A DNA stretch of 64,000 nt from an uncultured Candidatus Rokubacteria bacterium. Its GTDB lineage: Bacteria; Methylomirabilota; Methylomirabilia; Rokubacteriales; CSP1-6. This document shows positions 52,573 to 61,889 of this stretch, piece after piece. Under the pieces are notes generated by a model. The model worked only from the letters and a program-made list of their open reading frames with translations. It had not been told where the DNA came from and searched no databases. The stretch is from NCBI GenBank assembly GCA_963771355.1, contig CAVYTA010000006.1, positions 992,001-1,056,000 on the forward strand, given 5' to 3'. The first letter of the stretch is position 1. The number at the start of each line of letters is the position of its first letter. The position numbers and the translations under genes were made by a program.

Positions 52573-54597
52573 TCAGCGCACGCCGAGCTCGACCCGCCGG
52601 AGCGCCTTGACCTGGTCGCGCAGCTCCGCCGCGCGCTCGAAGTCCAGCCGCTTGGCCGCCTCCTTCATGGCCGCCTCCAGGGCGGCAATGCGCGCGGCCA
52701 GCGCCGCCGGGCTCTCCGGCGGGGCCTCCGCAATCTCCGGCACCGGCACGGTGTAGTAGTCGCGCTCCGAGACGGTCTCCAGCAGCTCGCGGATGGACTT
52801 TCGCACCGATTCGGGGGTGATCCCGTGGGCGGTGTTGTAGGCGGCCTGGGCCGCGCGGCGGCGGTCCGTCTCCGCGAGGGCTTCCTGCATGGACCCGGTG
52901 ACACGGTCCGCGTACATGAGCACCTCGCCGTTCACGTGGCGGGCGGCGCGTCCCGATGTCTGGATCAGCGAGGTGGCGGAGCGGAGATAGCCCTCCTTGT
53001 CGGCGTCGAGGATGCCCACCAGCGAGACCTCCGGCAGGTCCAGCCCCTCGCGGAGGAGGTTGATGCCGACGAGGGCATCGAATTTCCCCAGGCGGAGGTC
53101 GCGAATCACCGCCACCCGGTCGAGGGTATCGATGTCGGAGTGCAGGTAGCGGACGCGGAGCCCGTTCTGCTGGTAGTACTCGGTGAGGTCCTCCGCCATC
53201 CGCTTGGTGAGCGTGGTGATGAGCACCCGCTCGTCCCGCTCCGCCCGCGCCCGCACCTCCGCCATCAGGTCGTCCACCTGGATGGAAGCCGGCCGCACTG
53301 TGATCTTGGGGTCCATGAGCCCGGTGGGGCGGATGATCTGCTCCGCCACCGCCCCCCCCGCATAGGCGCGAGCGGCGGGCTCCCGCACCGCCCCGGCATG
53401 GTCCAGCTCGTAGTGGCCGGGGGTCGCGGACACGTAGAGCACCTGCCCCACGGTGGCGCTGAACTCGTCGAAGGTCAGCGGCCGGTTGTCGAAGGCCGAG
53501 GGCAGGCGGAAGCCGTACTCGACGAGCGCCTCCTTGCGCGAGCGGTCGCCGGGATACATGCCCCGGATCTGCGGGACGGTGACGTGGGACTCGTCGATGA
53601 GGACGAGGGCATCCTTGGGCAGGTAGTCCATGAGGGTGGCCGGCTTGGAGCCCGGCTTGCGGCCGGCCAGATGCCGCGAGTAGTTCTCGATGCCGTGGCA
53701 GTAGCCGATCTCCCGGAGCATCTCTACGTCGAAGAGGGTGCGCTGCTCCAGTCGCTGCGCCTCCAGCAACCGGTTGCGCGCGCGGAAGAAGGCCAGCCGC
53801 TCCCGCAGCTCCTCGTGAATATTGGCGATGGCGCGCTCGATCTGGTCGGCCGGCGTGACGTAGTGGCTGGCGGGATAGATGCGCACCGCCGGCACCACCC
53901 CGGTGGTGGCGCCTTTCAGGGGATCGAGGGTCACGATGCGATCCACGCTGTCACCGAAGAGCTCGATCCGGAGCGCCTCGGTCTCGGCGGCGGCGGGGAA
54001 CACCTCCACCACGTCGCCGCGCACCCGGAACGTCCCCCGCCGGAAGTCGTAGTCGTTCCGCTCGTACTGGATGGCGACCAGGTCCCGGACCAGCGCGTCC
54101 CGGCTCACCGTCTGTCCCGTCTGCATCGACACGTGCATGCCCCGGTAGGTCTCCGGCTCGCCGATGCCGTAGATGCAGGACACCGACGCCACGATCACCA
54201 CGTCCCGCCGCTCGAAGAGCGAGGTGGTGGCGGAGTGCCGCATCCGGTCGATCTCGTCGTTGATGAGCGCGTCCTTCTCGATGTAGGTGTCCGACTGCGG
54301 AATGTAGGCTTCGGGCTGATAGTAGTCGTAATAGGACACGAAGTATTCGACGGCGGACTCCGGGAAGAACGACTTGAACTCGCTGTAGAGCTGGGCGGCC
54401 AGGGTCTTGTTGGGCGAGATCACCAGAGCGGGCCGCTGGAGCCGGCTGATCAGGTTGGCGAGCGTGAAGGTCTTGCCGCTCCCGGTGATGCCGAGGAGCA
54501 CGCTGTGGCGCTCGCCCGCTTTCATCAGCTCGGCGAGTCGCTCGATGGCCCGCGGCTGATCCCCCGCGGGCTCGAAGTCGGATGCCAGTCGGAACAA
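52573..54597 (-). CDS. uvrB: Excinuclease ABC subunit B
   Basis: [43 protein letters not shown]-terminal UVR. Confidence 0.97.
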   Translation of the reverse strand: MFRLASDFEPAGDQPRAIERLAELMKAGERHSVLLGITGSGKTFTLANLISRLQRPALVISPNKTLAAQLYSEFKSFFPESAVEYFVSYYDYYQPEAYIPQSDTYIEKDALINDEIDRMRHSATTSLFERRDVVIVASVSCIYGIGEPETYRGMHVSMQTGQTVSRDALVRDLVAIQYERNDYDFRRGTFRVRGDVVEVFPAAAETEALRIELFGDSVDRIVTLDPLKGATTGVVPAVRIYPASHYVTPADQIERAIANIHEELRERLAFFRARNRLLEAQRLEQRTLFDVEMLREIGYCHGIENYSRHLAGRKPGSKPATLMDYLPKDALVLIDESHVTVPQIRGMYPGDRSRKEALVEYGFRLPSAFDNRPLTFDEFSATVGQVLYVSATPGHYELDHAGAVREPAARAYAGGAVAEQIIRPTGLMDPKITVRPASIQVDDLMAEVRARAERDERVLITTLTKRMAEDLTEYYQQNGLRVRYLHSDIDTLDRVAVIRDLRLGKFDALVGINLLREGLDLPEVSLVGILDADKEGYLRSATSLIQTSGRAARHVNGEVLMYADRVTGSMQEALAETDRRRAAQAAYNTAHGITPESVRKSIRELLETVSERDYYTVPVPEIAEAPPESPAALAARIAALEAAMKEAAKRLDFERAAELRDQVKALRRVELGVR

Positions 54598-54602
54598 CGG
54601 CG

Positions 54603-55133
54603 TCAGGAGCTCGACGGCACCGCGACGAGGTACTTGCGCCAGGAGTCGAGGAAGGAGGAAGCGTGTGGGTGCCGGAGGAGGTGGACCGAGAAGAGGAACT
54701 GCGGGTGCACGGGCTCGCGGATCAGCCGCAATCGAGTCTCCTCCAGGGCGCGGTTGCCCTTGAAGAGGTTGCAGCGGAGGCAGGCCGCCACCACGTTGGT
54801 CCAGGTGGTCTGGCCGCCGCGCGACCGCGGCACGATGTGGTCCACCGTCAGCTTCTCGCCGCGCCGGGCGCAGTACTGGCAGGTGTAGCCGTCTCGCCGG
54901 AGGATGTTCTTCTTGTTGAAGGCGACCCGCTCGAGGAAGGGTTTGCGAATATAGGCGGCCAGCCGGATCACCGCCGGCAGCGGATAGGCGCGCGAGGGCG
55001 AACGGACCACGCGCGGGGAGGACTCGACGCTCTCGGCCTTGCCGCTGAGGAGGAGGGTGATGGCCCGCTTGGCGTTGGTGAAGTGCAGCGGCTCATAGGT
55101 GTAGTTCAGCACCAGCACCGCTAGGTCATCCAT
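54603..55133 (-). CDS. HNH endonuclease (McrA-like)
   Basis: [44 protein letters not shown]. Confidence 0.9.
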   Translation of the reverse strand: MDDLAVLVLNYTYEPLHFTNAKRAITLLLSGKAESVESSPRVVRSPSRAYPLPAVIRLAAYIRKPFLERVAFNKKNILRRDGYTCQYCARRGEKLTVDHIVPRSRGGQTTWTNVVAACLRCNLFKGNRALEETRLRLIREPVHPQFLFSVHLLRHPHASSFLDSWRKYLVAVPSSS

Positions 55134-55144
55134 GGCCCTCCGTT

Positions 55145-55173
55145 AGGATAGTCACCGCCCCGCGGAGTGTCAA
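55145..55173 (-). promoter_or_regulatory. sigma70-type promoter of HNH-uvrB operon
   Basis: Minus strand TTGACA-17 bp-TATCCT. Confidence 0.7.
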
Positions 55174-55204
55174 CTCCGGCGGGAGGGCGCCCGGGCGGGC
55201 CGGA

Positions 55205-55229
55205 GCGCACCGGAAGGCGAGACGGGCGG
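55205..55229. repeat. Degenerate copy of the REP-like family, opposite orientation
   Basis: GCGCACCGGAAGGCGAGACGGGCGG matches the reverse complement of the hpf copy at 21 of 25 positions by manual alignment. Confidence 0.5.
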
Positions 55230-55234
55230 GCTAG

Positions 55235-55663
55235 CTAGATGAACGCGCGCCAGAACAGGTGCGCCGTCCCCGCGATCATCACGAAGACGGCCGCCGCCGC
55301 CACCGGGTTCATGATCGCCAGCGCCAGCAGGATGCAGAGGAGGATGAAGCATGCGCAGTAGAAGCGGAGCTCGCGCTTGTCCACCCACCCGCCCTTGCCC
55401 ACCAGCAGCAGGCTGCGGGCGGCGAGGTATACCGGCGAGTAGAGGAGGAAGAAGGCCACGAACAGGCCCGATAGCGCCAGGATGCCGCTCAGGGCGCCCA
55501 CGACGCCCCACACCGCCCAGGGAAAGAGCGACTGCTCGCCACCGTCGGCCAAAGAATGCGGGATGACCTCGGGGCGGAAATAGACGTACAGCAGCGCGAT
55601 GGTATAGAGCGGCAAGACGATCTCGAGCCACAGGCGATAGCGGCTGTTGAGCCCAGTATCCAT
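55235..55663 (-). CDS. Hypothetical membrane protein (about 4 TM)
   Basis: MDTGLNSRYRLWLEIVLP..., several hydrophobic helices; GGAGG RBS. Confidence 0.75.
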   Translation of the reverse strand: MDTGLNSRYRLWLEIVLPLYTIALLYVYFRPEVIPHSLADGGEQSLFPWAVWGVVGALSGILALSGLFVAFFLLYSPVYLAARSLLLVGKGGWVDKRELRFYCACFILLCILLALAIMNPVAAAAVFVMIAGTAHLFWRAFI

Positions 55664-55708
55664 GGCAACGTTCCTCCGAGAAGATGGCCCTGCGTGCCTC
55701 CTTCCAAC

Positions 55709-55723
55709 GCACGCGGCGTGCCA
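55709..55723 (-). promoter_or_regulatory. sigma54 (-24/-12) promoter
   Basis: Minus strand TGGCACGCCGCGTGC with GG-N10-GC spacing, 45 bp upstream of the ATG at 55663. Confidence 0.6.
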
Positions 55724-55842
55724 CGTCGCCGAGCTCCAGAACGAGTGTGTTTTCCCGGGGTTACACGATTGGTGCAAACGCTGCGTGTCAAGGAGGGGAC
55801 GACGTTCGGGTACAGGGCGTCACGCTGTCGGCAGTCCCTGTC

Positions 55843-56850
55843 CTAGAGGAGAAACCCGCCTGGAAACGGATCGCGTGGATCCAGCACGAGGGTGGACCGC
55901 GCCATGGCCCACGCCCGCCCGGTGACCTCGGGAACGATCGCGGGTATCCCGCCCACCTGGGTCTCTCCCGCGATACAGCCGGTGAACAGCGTCCCGATGA
56001 TGGACTCGTGGCCGAACGGCTCGCCCACCGCGAGCGTGCCCCGCGCGTGGAGATTCGCGAGACGCGCCGAGGTCCCGGTGCCGCAGGGTGACCGGTCCAG
56101 GCCGGCCGGCGCCACCACCACCGCGTTGCGCAGGCGCGCGTCGGCGCGCCGGGCCGGCTCGAAGAACTGGATGTAGAGCAGGCCGCGCGCGTCCGGCATC
56201 TCCGGGTGCACCAGCGGCACCTCGGCCTCGATGCGCGCCCGGATCCGCTCGCCGGCGGCGATGATGCGCGACGCCTCCGCGGGCTCGAGCGCGAGACCCA
56301 CCGCCCCCGCCGGGACCATGGCGTAGAAGTGGCCGCCGTAGGCGAGGTCGAACGGGACGCGCCCGAGACCCGGCACCTCGATGGCGGCGTCCAGCCGCAC
56401 CGAGAAGGCGGGGACGTTTCTGATCGTGGCCGAGGCCGATCGGCCGGCCTCGTGACGGACACGACAGGCCACCGGACCCGCGGGCGTGTCGAGCGTGACC
56501 GCGGTCTCGGGTGGCGTCGACCGAACCCGGCCGGTGTCGACGAGCATGGTCGCCACCGCCATCGCGCCGTGACCGCACATGTGCACGGGGCCCAGCGGCT
56601 CGATGAAGAGCACGCCGGCATGCGCGCCCGGGCTCACCGGCTCCGTCAGGATGGCCGCGCACATCGCGGCATGCCCGCGCGGCTCGTAGAGGATGAATCC
56701 CATGAGGTCGCGCCCGTGCTCGGCGAGCCAGTCGCTCCGGGCCATGAGGGTGGCACCCGGCACGCGCTCGACGCCGTCCACCACGATGCGCATGGGCTCG
56801 CCCTCGGTGTGGTAGTCGAGCGCGGTGAGCTCGCGCGGGGCCGCGGTCAT
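55843..56850 (-). CDS. Proline racemase / 4-hydroxyproline epimerase family
   Basis: DYHTEGEPMR, EPRGH, MCGH and DRSPCGTGTSA (both catalytic Cys present). Confidence 0.9.
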   Translation of the reverse strand: MTAAPRELTALDYHTEGEPMRIVVDGVERVPGATLMARSDWLAEHGRDLMGFILYEPRGHAAMCAAILTEPVSPGAHAGVLFIEPLGPVHMCGHGAMAVATMLVDTGRVRSTPPETAVTLDTPAGPVACRVRHEAGRSASATIRNVPAFSVRLDAAIEVPGLGRVPFDLAYGGHFYAMVPAGAVGLALEPAEASRIIAAGERIRARIEAEVPLVHPEMPDARGLLYIQFFEPARRADARLRNAVVVAPAGLDRSPCGTGTSARLANLHARGTLAVGEPFGHESIIGTLFTGCIAGETQVGGIPAIVPEVTGRAWAMARSTLVLDPRDPFPGGFLL

Positions 56851-57758
56851 CGGGCGAGGTTGCGCAGCAGGAAGACCAGGTTGGCGGGACGCTCGGCGAG
56901 ACGCCGCATGAAATAGCCATACCAGTCCTCGCCGAACGGCACCAGCCGCCGGAGCCGAATCCCGCCCGCGCGCAGGCGGGCGGAGAGATCGTCGCCGATG
57001 CCGTAGAGCATCTGCAGCTCGAATGTTTCGCGAGGCGCGCCGTGCCGGGCGGCGAGCGCATGCATCCGCTCATCGTGGGTGGCGAAGGCGGGATAGGTGC
57101 CCCGGAAGAGGCTCTCGGGGGCGAGGAGGCGGCCCATGAGGCGGGCATAGTGCTCGTCCACCTCGTGGCGACTCGCGAACGCCAGCGCGGACGGCTCCCG
57201 ATAGGCGCCCTTGCAGAGCCGCACCGTCGCGCCCAGCGCGGCGAGGCGCCGGATGTCCGACTCGCTCCGGCGCAGATAGGCCTGGATCACGCACCCTACC
57301 CGTGGGAAGTCGCGCCGGAGCCGCTCCCAGATCGCGAGCGTGCGCTCGGTGTACGCGCTCTGCTCCATGTCGATCCAGACGAGGGTCCGCGCGGCCTGGG
57401 CTCGATCGAGGATCCGTCGCATGTTGGCGACGCAGACCTCGTCCCCGAGGTCGAGCCCCAGCTGCGTGAGCTTGAGGGAGGGCGTGCAGCGGAGGCCGTC
57501 TCGCGCGATCACGTCGAGGGCCTCCACGTAGACGTCGGCGGCGGCGCGGGCCGCCGCGACGGACCGGACGTTCTCGCCGAGATAGGTAAGGGCAGTGTCC
57601 AGCCCCTGCGCGTTCAACCCTCGCACCACGTCGAGGCCGTCGGCCAGGCGCGTCCCCGCCACGAAGCGGCGCACGAGACGCCGGGCCAGCGGCATCGCCG
57701 CCAGCACCCGCCCGAGAGAAGGGCGCGAGGACAGGGCAAGGAGCACGGCGCGCATCAT
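56847..57758 (-). CDS. Monofunctional proline dehydrogenase
   Basis: RRFVAG, SLKLTQLGL, IDMEQS, IQAYLRR, RLCKGAY, ATHD, YFMRRLAERPAN. Confidence 0.9.
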   Translation of the reverse strand: MMRAVLLALSSRPSLGRVLAAMPLARRLVRRFVAGTRLADGLDVVRGLNAQGLDTALTYLGENVRSVAAARAAADVYVEALDVIARDGLRCTPSLKLTQLGLDLGDEVCVANMRRILDRAQAARTLVWIDMEQSAYTERTLAIWERLRRDFPRVGCVIQAYLRRSESDIRRLAALGATVRLCKGAYREPSALAFASRHEVDEHYARLMGRLLAPESLFRGTYPAFATHDERMHALAARHGAPRETFELQMLYGIGDDLSARLRAGGIRLRRLVPFGEDWYGYFMRRLAERPANLVFLLRNLAR

Positions 57759-58714
57759 GGTCGGGGATCGCGGGACGAATCCGGCGCCGCCCCGCGCGCG
57801 CCCAGTATCTCACAGAGGATTCCCTCGCGGAGACTGCGGTCGCTCACGGTGAGGGCATCGAACCCGAGCCGCTCCATGACGGCGAGGCAAATCGCGATGC
57901 CGGGGATCAGCACGTCGGCGCGCCCGGGCTCGAGACCGGGCAGCGCCGCCCTCGCCGCCAGGGTGAGTCCGCCCAGTCGGGCGAGCAACCGCTCGATGGC
58001 GTCGCGCCGGAGCACATGCCCCTGCACCCGGCTCGGGTCATAGGCGGCGAGACCCAGATCCAGGGCGGCGAGCGTGGTCACCGTGCCCGCGGTGCCCACC
58101 AGACGGGTGGCGTTCACCACGCCCAGCGCCCCGGGCACGGCAGGCTCGAGCGCCGCCGCGACCTCCGCCCGCATGGCCGCCCAGCGCGCGGGGATCAGCG
58201 GCCCTCCGTCCACGTGCCGCTCCGCGAGGCCCACCACGCCCAGCCGGAGGCTCAGCGCGCGCTCCAGGCGGTCGCCCTCGGCCACCACGAACTCGGTGCT
58301 GCCGCCGCCGATGTCGAAGAGGACGAATCGGCCCCCGAGACCCGGCAGACCGGAACGCGCTCCCAGCAGGATGAGGCGCGCCTCGTCCTCACCCGAGAGC
58401 ACCTCGAGCGTCATCCCCGTGACCGACGCGACGAGCGCGACGAACTCCGCCCGGTTCGCCGCCTCCCGCACCGCGCTGGTGCCCGTGATACGCACGCGCG
58501 TGGCCCCGAGGGCCTCCGCGCGCCGGACGTAGTCGGTCACCGTGGCCGCGGTGCGTGCCATCGGCACGGGCCCCAGCGCGCCGGTGGCCGCCTGGCCCTC
58601 GCCCAGCCGGGTCACCCGCTGCGCTTCCTCCACCACCCGCCAGCCGTGGGCGGCGGTGTCCGCGACCAGCAGTCGCACGCTGTTGGTGCCGAGGTCGATG
58701 GTGGCCAGGCGCAT
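57755..58714 (-). CDS. ppx: Ppx/GppA family phosphatase (short form)
   Basis: IDLGTNSVRL, TSAVREA, SGEDEA, DIGGGSTE, GTAGT, RADV, LREG. Confidence 0.9.
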   Translation of the reverse strand: MRLATIDLGTNSVRLLVADTAAHGWRVVEEAQRVTRLGEGQAATGALGPVPMARTAATVTDYVRRAEALGATRVRITGTSAVREAANRAEFVALVASVTGMTLEVLSGEDEARLILLGARSGLPGLGGRFVLFDIGGGSTEFVVAEGDRLERALSLRLGVVGLAERHVDGGPLIPARWAAMRAEVAAALEPAVPGALGVVNATRLVGTAGTVTTLAALDLGLAAYDPSRVQGHVLRRDAIERLLARLGGLTLAARAALPGLEPGRADVLIPGIAICLAVMERLGFDALTVSDRSLREGILCEILGARGAAPDSSRDPRP

Positions 58715-58737
58715 GCCCGAGCCGTGCGGCGATCAGG

Positions 58738-61068
58738 TCAGCGGCGGAGACGGAGCGCGTCGTCGAGGATCGAGAGCACGCGCTCGAGGCGGAAGGGCTT
58801 GACCAGGGTGAGATCGACGCCGCTCTCGGAGAGGAGGGTCGGATCCAGCAGATGCCCCCAGCCCGTGATGAGCACCACCGGGGTCCCGGCACGCATCCGC
58901 TTGACCGCGCGCGCCACGTCCAGCCCGGAGCGCTCGGGGAGCGAGAGATCGGTGAGCACCACGTCGAACTCGCCGCCCTGGAAGCGCGCCAGGCCGGCGA
59001 GGCCGTCGGCGGCGAACTCCACCCGATGGCCGGCGCGCCGGAGCGCATCCACCAGCATCTCGCGGATCTGTGGCTCGTCCTCGAGGACGAGGATACGGGC
59101 CGGCCCGGACGGGCGCGCGGGCGCCTCACGCACGGCGGTCTCCGCGGCGCGGGCAGGCGCGGCGGCCGGCGGAGCGGCGCCCGCGGCCGGGAGCCACACG
59201 CGCACCGTGGTGCTTCGCCCCTCCTCGCTCGTCACCTCCACCCGGCCCCGGTGCCGGCCGACGGTACCGTGCACCACGGAGAGCCCGAGCCCGGTGCGCA
59301 GCGGCGAGCGGGTCGAGAAGAAGGGCTCGAAGATGCGGCGGCGCACCTCCTCCGACATCCCCTCGCCGGTGTCGGTCACCGTCAGCTCCACTCCGCCCCC
59401 GCGCGGCCGCGTGGAAAGCCCGAGCTGGCCGCCCCGCGGCATCGCGTCGATGGCGTTGAGGACGAGGTTGGTGACGACCTCGCGGAGCTCGGCGGCATTG
59501 CCCCGCACCGCGGGCGCAGCCTCGAGATCCGTGGTGACCTCGATCCGCACGCCGCGCGCCTCGGCCTCGTCCTTCCACAGCCCGCGGGTGAGCGTGACCG
59601 CGTCGTGCACCAGCGCATTCACGTCGATGGGCCCGATGCTGTCCTCGAGGCGCGTGGCGGCAAACCCCTGCAGGCGCCGGATGATGTCGGCGGCACGCCA
59701 GGCCGCCTCCTCGACGTGGCCCAGGCCCTCGCGCACGGTCTCGTCCGCCGACCGCGCCAGGAGGAGCTGGGTCTTGCCGAGGATGATGGCGAGGATATTG
59801 TTGAACTCGTGCGCGATGCCGCCCGCCATGCCGCCGAGCGCGCGCGCCTTCTCCGTCTGTACGAGCCGCTCCTGCGCGGCCTTCACGGTGTCCAGCGCGG
59901 CCTGCACGTCGCCGTAGAGCCGCTCGTTCTCCACCGCGAGAGCGGCGAGGCAGGCGAGCGCCTGCGCCGCCTCGACTTCGTCGGCGGAGAAGTCACGGGG
60001 TCGGCCGTCGGCGAGATACAGCGCGCCCACCGTACGGTCGTGGATGCGGAGCGGCACGAGGAGGCAGCCCCGGAGCCCCAGGGTCACCAGGAACTCCTCC
60101 ACCGCGCCCTCGCGCTCGCGCACGTCCCGGCAGGCGACCGGCCGCTGGGCCGCCGCCATCTCCTCCGCCAGCCCCGTCCCCATGTCCGCGGCCCAGTCCG
60201 CCGCGCTCTCCGGCGGCAGGCCGGCGGCGGCGGCAAGCGCCAGCCGCGTCGCCCCCTCGGTGAGGCCGAGCGTGGCCACGCGCACGTCGAGGAGCCGGCT
60301 GCCCACCTCACAGGCCCGCGTGAGGGTGTCGGCGAGATCGCGTCCCACCACCGCCTGGCCCGAGAACACCTGCAGCTCGCGCAGCCGCGCGAGGTGATCG
60401 GCGGCCCGGTCCATGAGCCGCTGATGGGCGAACGCGGTGGCCACCCGATCCGCGATCACCAGGAGGAGCATGGTGTCCTCGGGAGTGAAGGGCACGCCGC
60501 GGCCGCGCCGACCCGCGAAGAGCACTCCCACCACCTGGCCGTCGGCACGGACCGGCACCGCGAGCGCGTCACGGACGGGAAAGCGTGCGATGAAGGGATC
60601 GCGCGGTGCGGTGTCGGGCGGTCGCGTGTAGATGAGCGGGCGCCCCTCGAGAAATGTCCGGCCGATGAGGCCTTCGCCCGGCGGGCTCTCGAGCCCGGCG
60701 AGATCGTCGCGACGGAACCCGCGGGCGGCCGCCGCAACGAGCAGGCTCCGCTCGGGGTCCACGACGAAGAGCATGGCGCGGTCGGCGTCGAGCAGGCGGG
60801 CCCCGCGGTCCATCGTCAGGCTGAACACCTCGCTGGGCGTGGAGCCGGACGAGGGCACGGCCAGGATCTCCTGGAGGCCGGCCAGCGCCTTGGGATCCAC
60901 CGGCAGGACAGCGTCGGCGGCGGCGGGCGGCTCGGGCACCGAGGCCGTGTCGCCGGACTCGAGCTCCCGGAGTCGCTCGCGAAGCGCGTCGAGCGTCCGG
61001 GTGATCTCCGCGATCGACTGCTGGACAGCCGGAGACTGCGGTTCTCCCGAGGTCGGCACGGCGCTCAT
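58738..61068 (-). CDS. Cytoplasmic hybrid histidine kinase (2 GAF + HisKA + HATPase + receiver)
   Basis: Two GAF domains, H-box AHEFNNIL, NLVLNAIDAM, DTGEGM, FEPFFST, GLGLS, receiver ILVLEDE..VLTDLSLP..KP. Confidence 0.92.
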   Translation of the reverse strand: MSAVPTSGEPQSPAVQQSIAEITRTLDALRERLRELESGDTASVPEPPAAADAVLPVDPKALAGLQEILAVPSSGSTPSEVFSLTMDRGARLLDADRAMLFVVDPERSLLVAAAARGFRRDDLAGLESPPGEGLIGRTFLEGRPLIYTRPPDTAPRDPFIARFPVRDALAVPVRADGQVVGVLFAGRRGRGVPFTPEDTMLLLVIADRVATAFAHQRLMDRAADHLARLRELQVFSGQAVVGRDLADTLTRACEVGSRLLDVRVATLGLTEGATRLALAAAAGLPPESAADWAADMGTGLAEEMAAAQRPVACRDVREREGAVEEFLVTLGLRGCLLVPLRIHDRTVGALYLADGRPRDFSADEVEAAQALACLAALAVENERLYGDVQAALDTVKAAQERLVQTEKARALGGMAGGIAHEFNNILAIILGKTQLLLARSADETVREGLGHVEEAAWRAADIIRRLQGFAATRLEDSIGPIDVNALVHDAVTLTRGLWKDEAEARGVRIEVTTDLEAAPAVRGNAAELREVVTNLVLNAIDAMPRGGQLGLSTRPRGGGVELTVTDTGEGMSEEVRRRIFEPFFSTRSPLRTGLGLSVVHGTVGRHRGRVEVTSEEGRSTTVRVWLPAAGAAPPAAAPARAAETAVREAPARPSGPARILVLEDEPQIREMLVDALRRAGHRVEFAADGLAGLARFQGGEFDVVLTDLSLPERSGLDVARAVKRMRAGTPVVLITGWGHLLDPTLLSESGVDLTLVKPFRLERVLSILDDALRLRR

Positions 61069-61127
61069 CGGGACTTCCGGGCGCGCTGACGCGTCAAGGC
61101 CTTGGTCATTGAAAGCCAAGCTCTTAA

Positions 61128-61142
61128 GCAGCGGCCATGCCA
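61128..61142 (-). promoter_or_regulatory. sigma54 (-24/-12) promoter of the hybrid kinase
   Basis: Minus strand TGGCATGGCCGCTGC(TT), GG-N10-GC. Confidence 0.7.
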
Positions 61143-61169
61143 AACGGGTGACGCGCGCATGTATACGGC

Positions 61170-61182
61170 TAACCCATTGATT
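61170..61182 (-). promoter_or_regulatory. IHF-binding consensus site
   Basis: Minus strand AATCAATGGGTTA = WATCAANNNNTTR, 27 bp upstream of the -24 element. Confidence 0.6.
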
Positions 61183-61295
61183 CCTGGAGCCCAGGGTCCG
61201 CGACACTTTGTGCGAGAGGGTAGCTCCACGAGACCGGGGGCGAAATCGTAAGATTCTTCGACTCTTGCCCCGAGGCGCCGTCCACCGAGGTCCAG

Positions 61296-61700
61296 CTAAT
61301 TCGCCTTGAGTGAGCGAATGTAGTGGACGATGGCCCAGCGGTCGGTTTCGGGGAGGTGCTTCCACGGCGGCATGGCGCCGCGCCCAGTAGAGATCTTCCA
61401 GAAGATCTCGCCGTCCGACTCGGACTGCGCCGCCGGCGAGGTCCAATCAGCCGGCTTGGGATTGAGGGCCGCTGCCGCCGCGCCGTCACCCTTGCCGCCG
61501 GTCCCGTGACAGGCCACACAGTTGAGCTGCGCGACCTGCCTTCCCCGAGCGACGACATCCGCGCCGGGCGGGACGGGATTCTTTCGCGCCTTCTCCACGG
61601 CGGGGGCTTCCCACGCGCCTTGCGCCCCCGCGGTCAGGGGGCCGAGGAGCCCGACCGCGACGGCGGCCGCGGCGACCCGACGCTTGAGACGCTCGTGCAT
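61296..61700 (-). CDS. Mono-heme cytochrome c (exported)
   Basis: Signal peptide, KNPV, CVACH heme motif, SDGEIFWKISTGRGAMP distal Met. Confidence 0.9.
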   Translation of the reverse strand: MHERLKRRVAAAAVAVGLLGPLTAGAQGAWEAPAVEKARKNPVPPGADVVARGRQVAQLNCVACHGTGGKGDGAAAAALNPKPADWTSPAAQSESDGEIFWKISTGRGAMPPWKHLPETDRWAIVHYIRSLKAN

Positions 61701-61889
61701 TTCATTCTCCCGAAGCTGACCGTCGCGCCGCGACCGTGGCGCGCGTGAGTGGCGTGACGACGTTCACGACCGCGGCCATTAGACACCACGTCTTCCGAGG
61801 CGGTCAAGGGTCGGCGCCGGTCCGCGCACGGCCCCCTGTGCTATGGTGTCGAATCGCCCGGCGCAGAAACCGATCGGATGGGAGGTCGC

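Noticed and set aside
54603..55133. HNH as an anti-phage or restriction system
   Set aside because: No methylase, ATPase or other defence partner nearby; operonic with uvrB.
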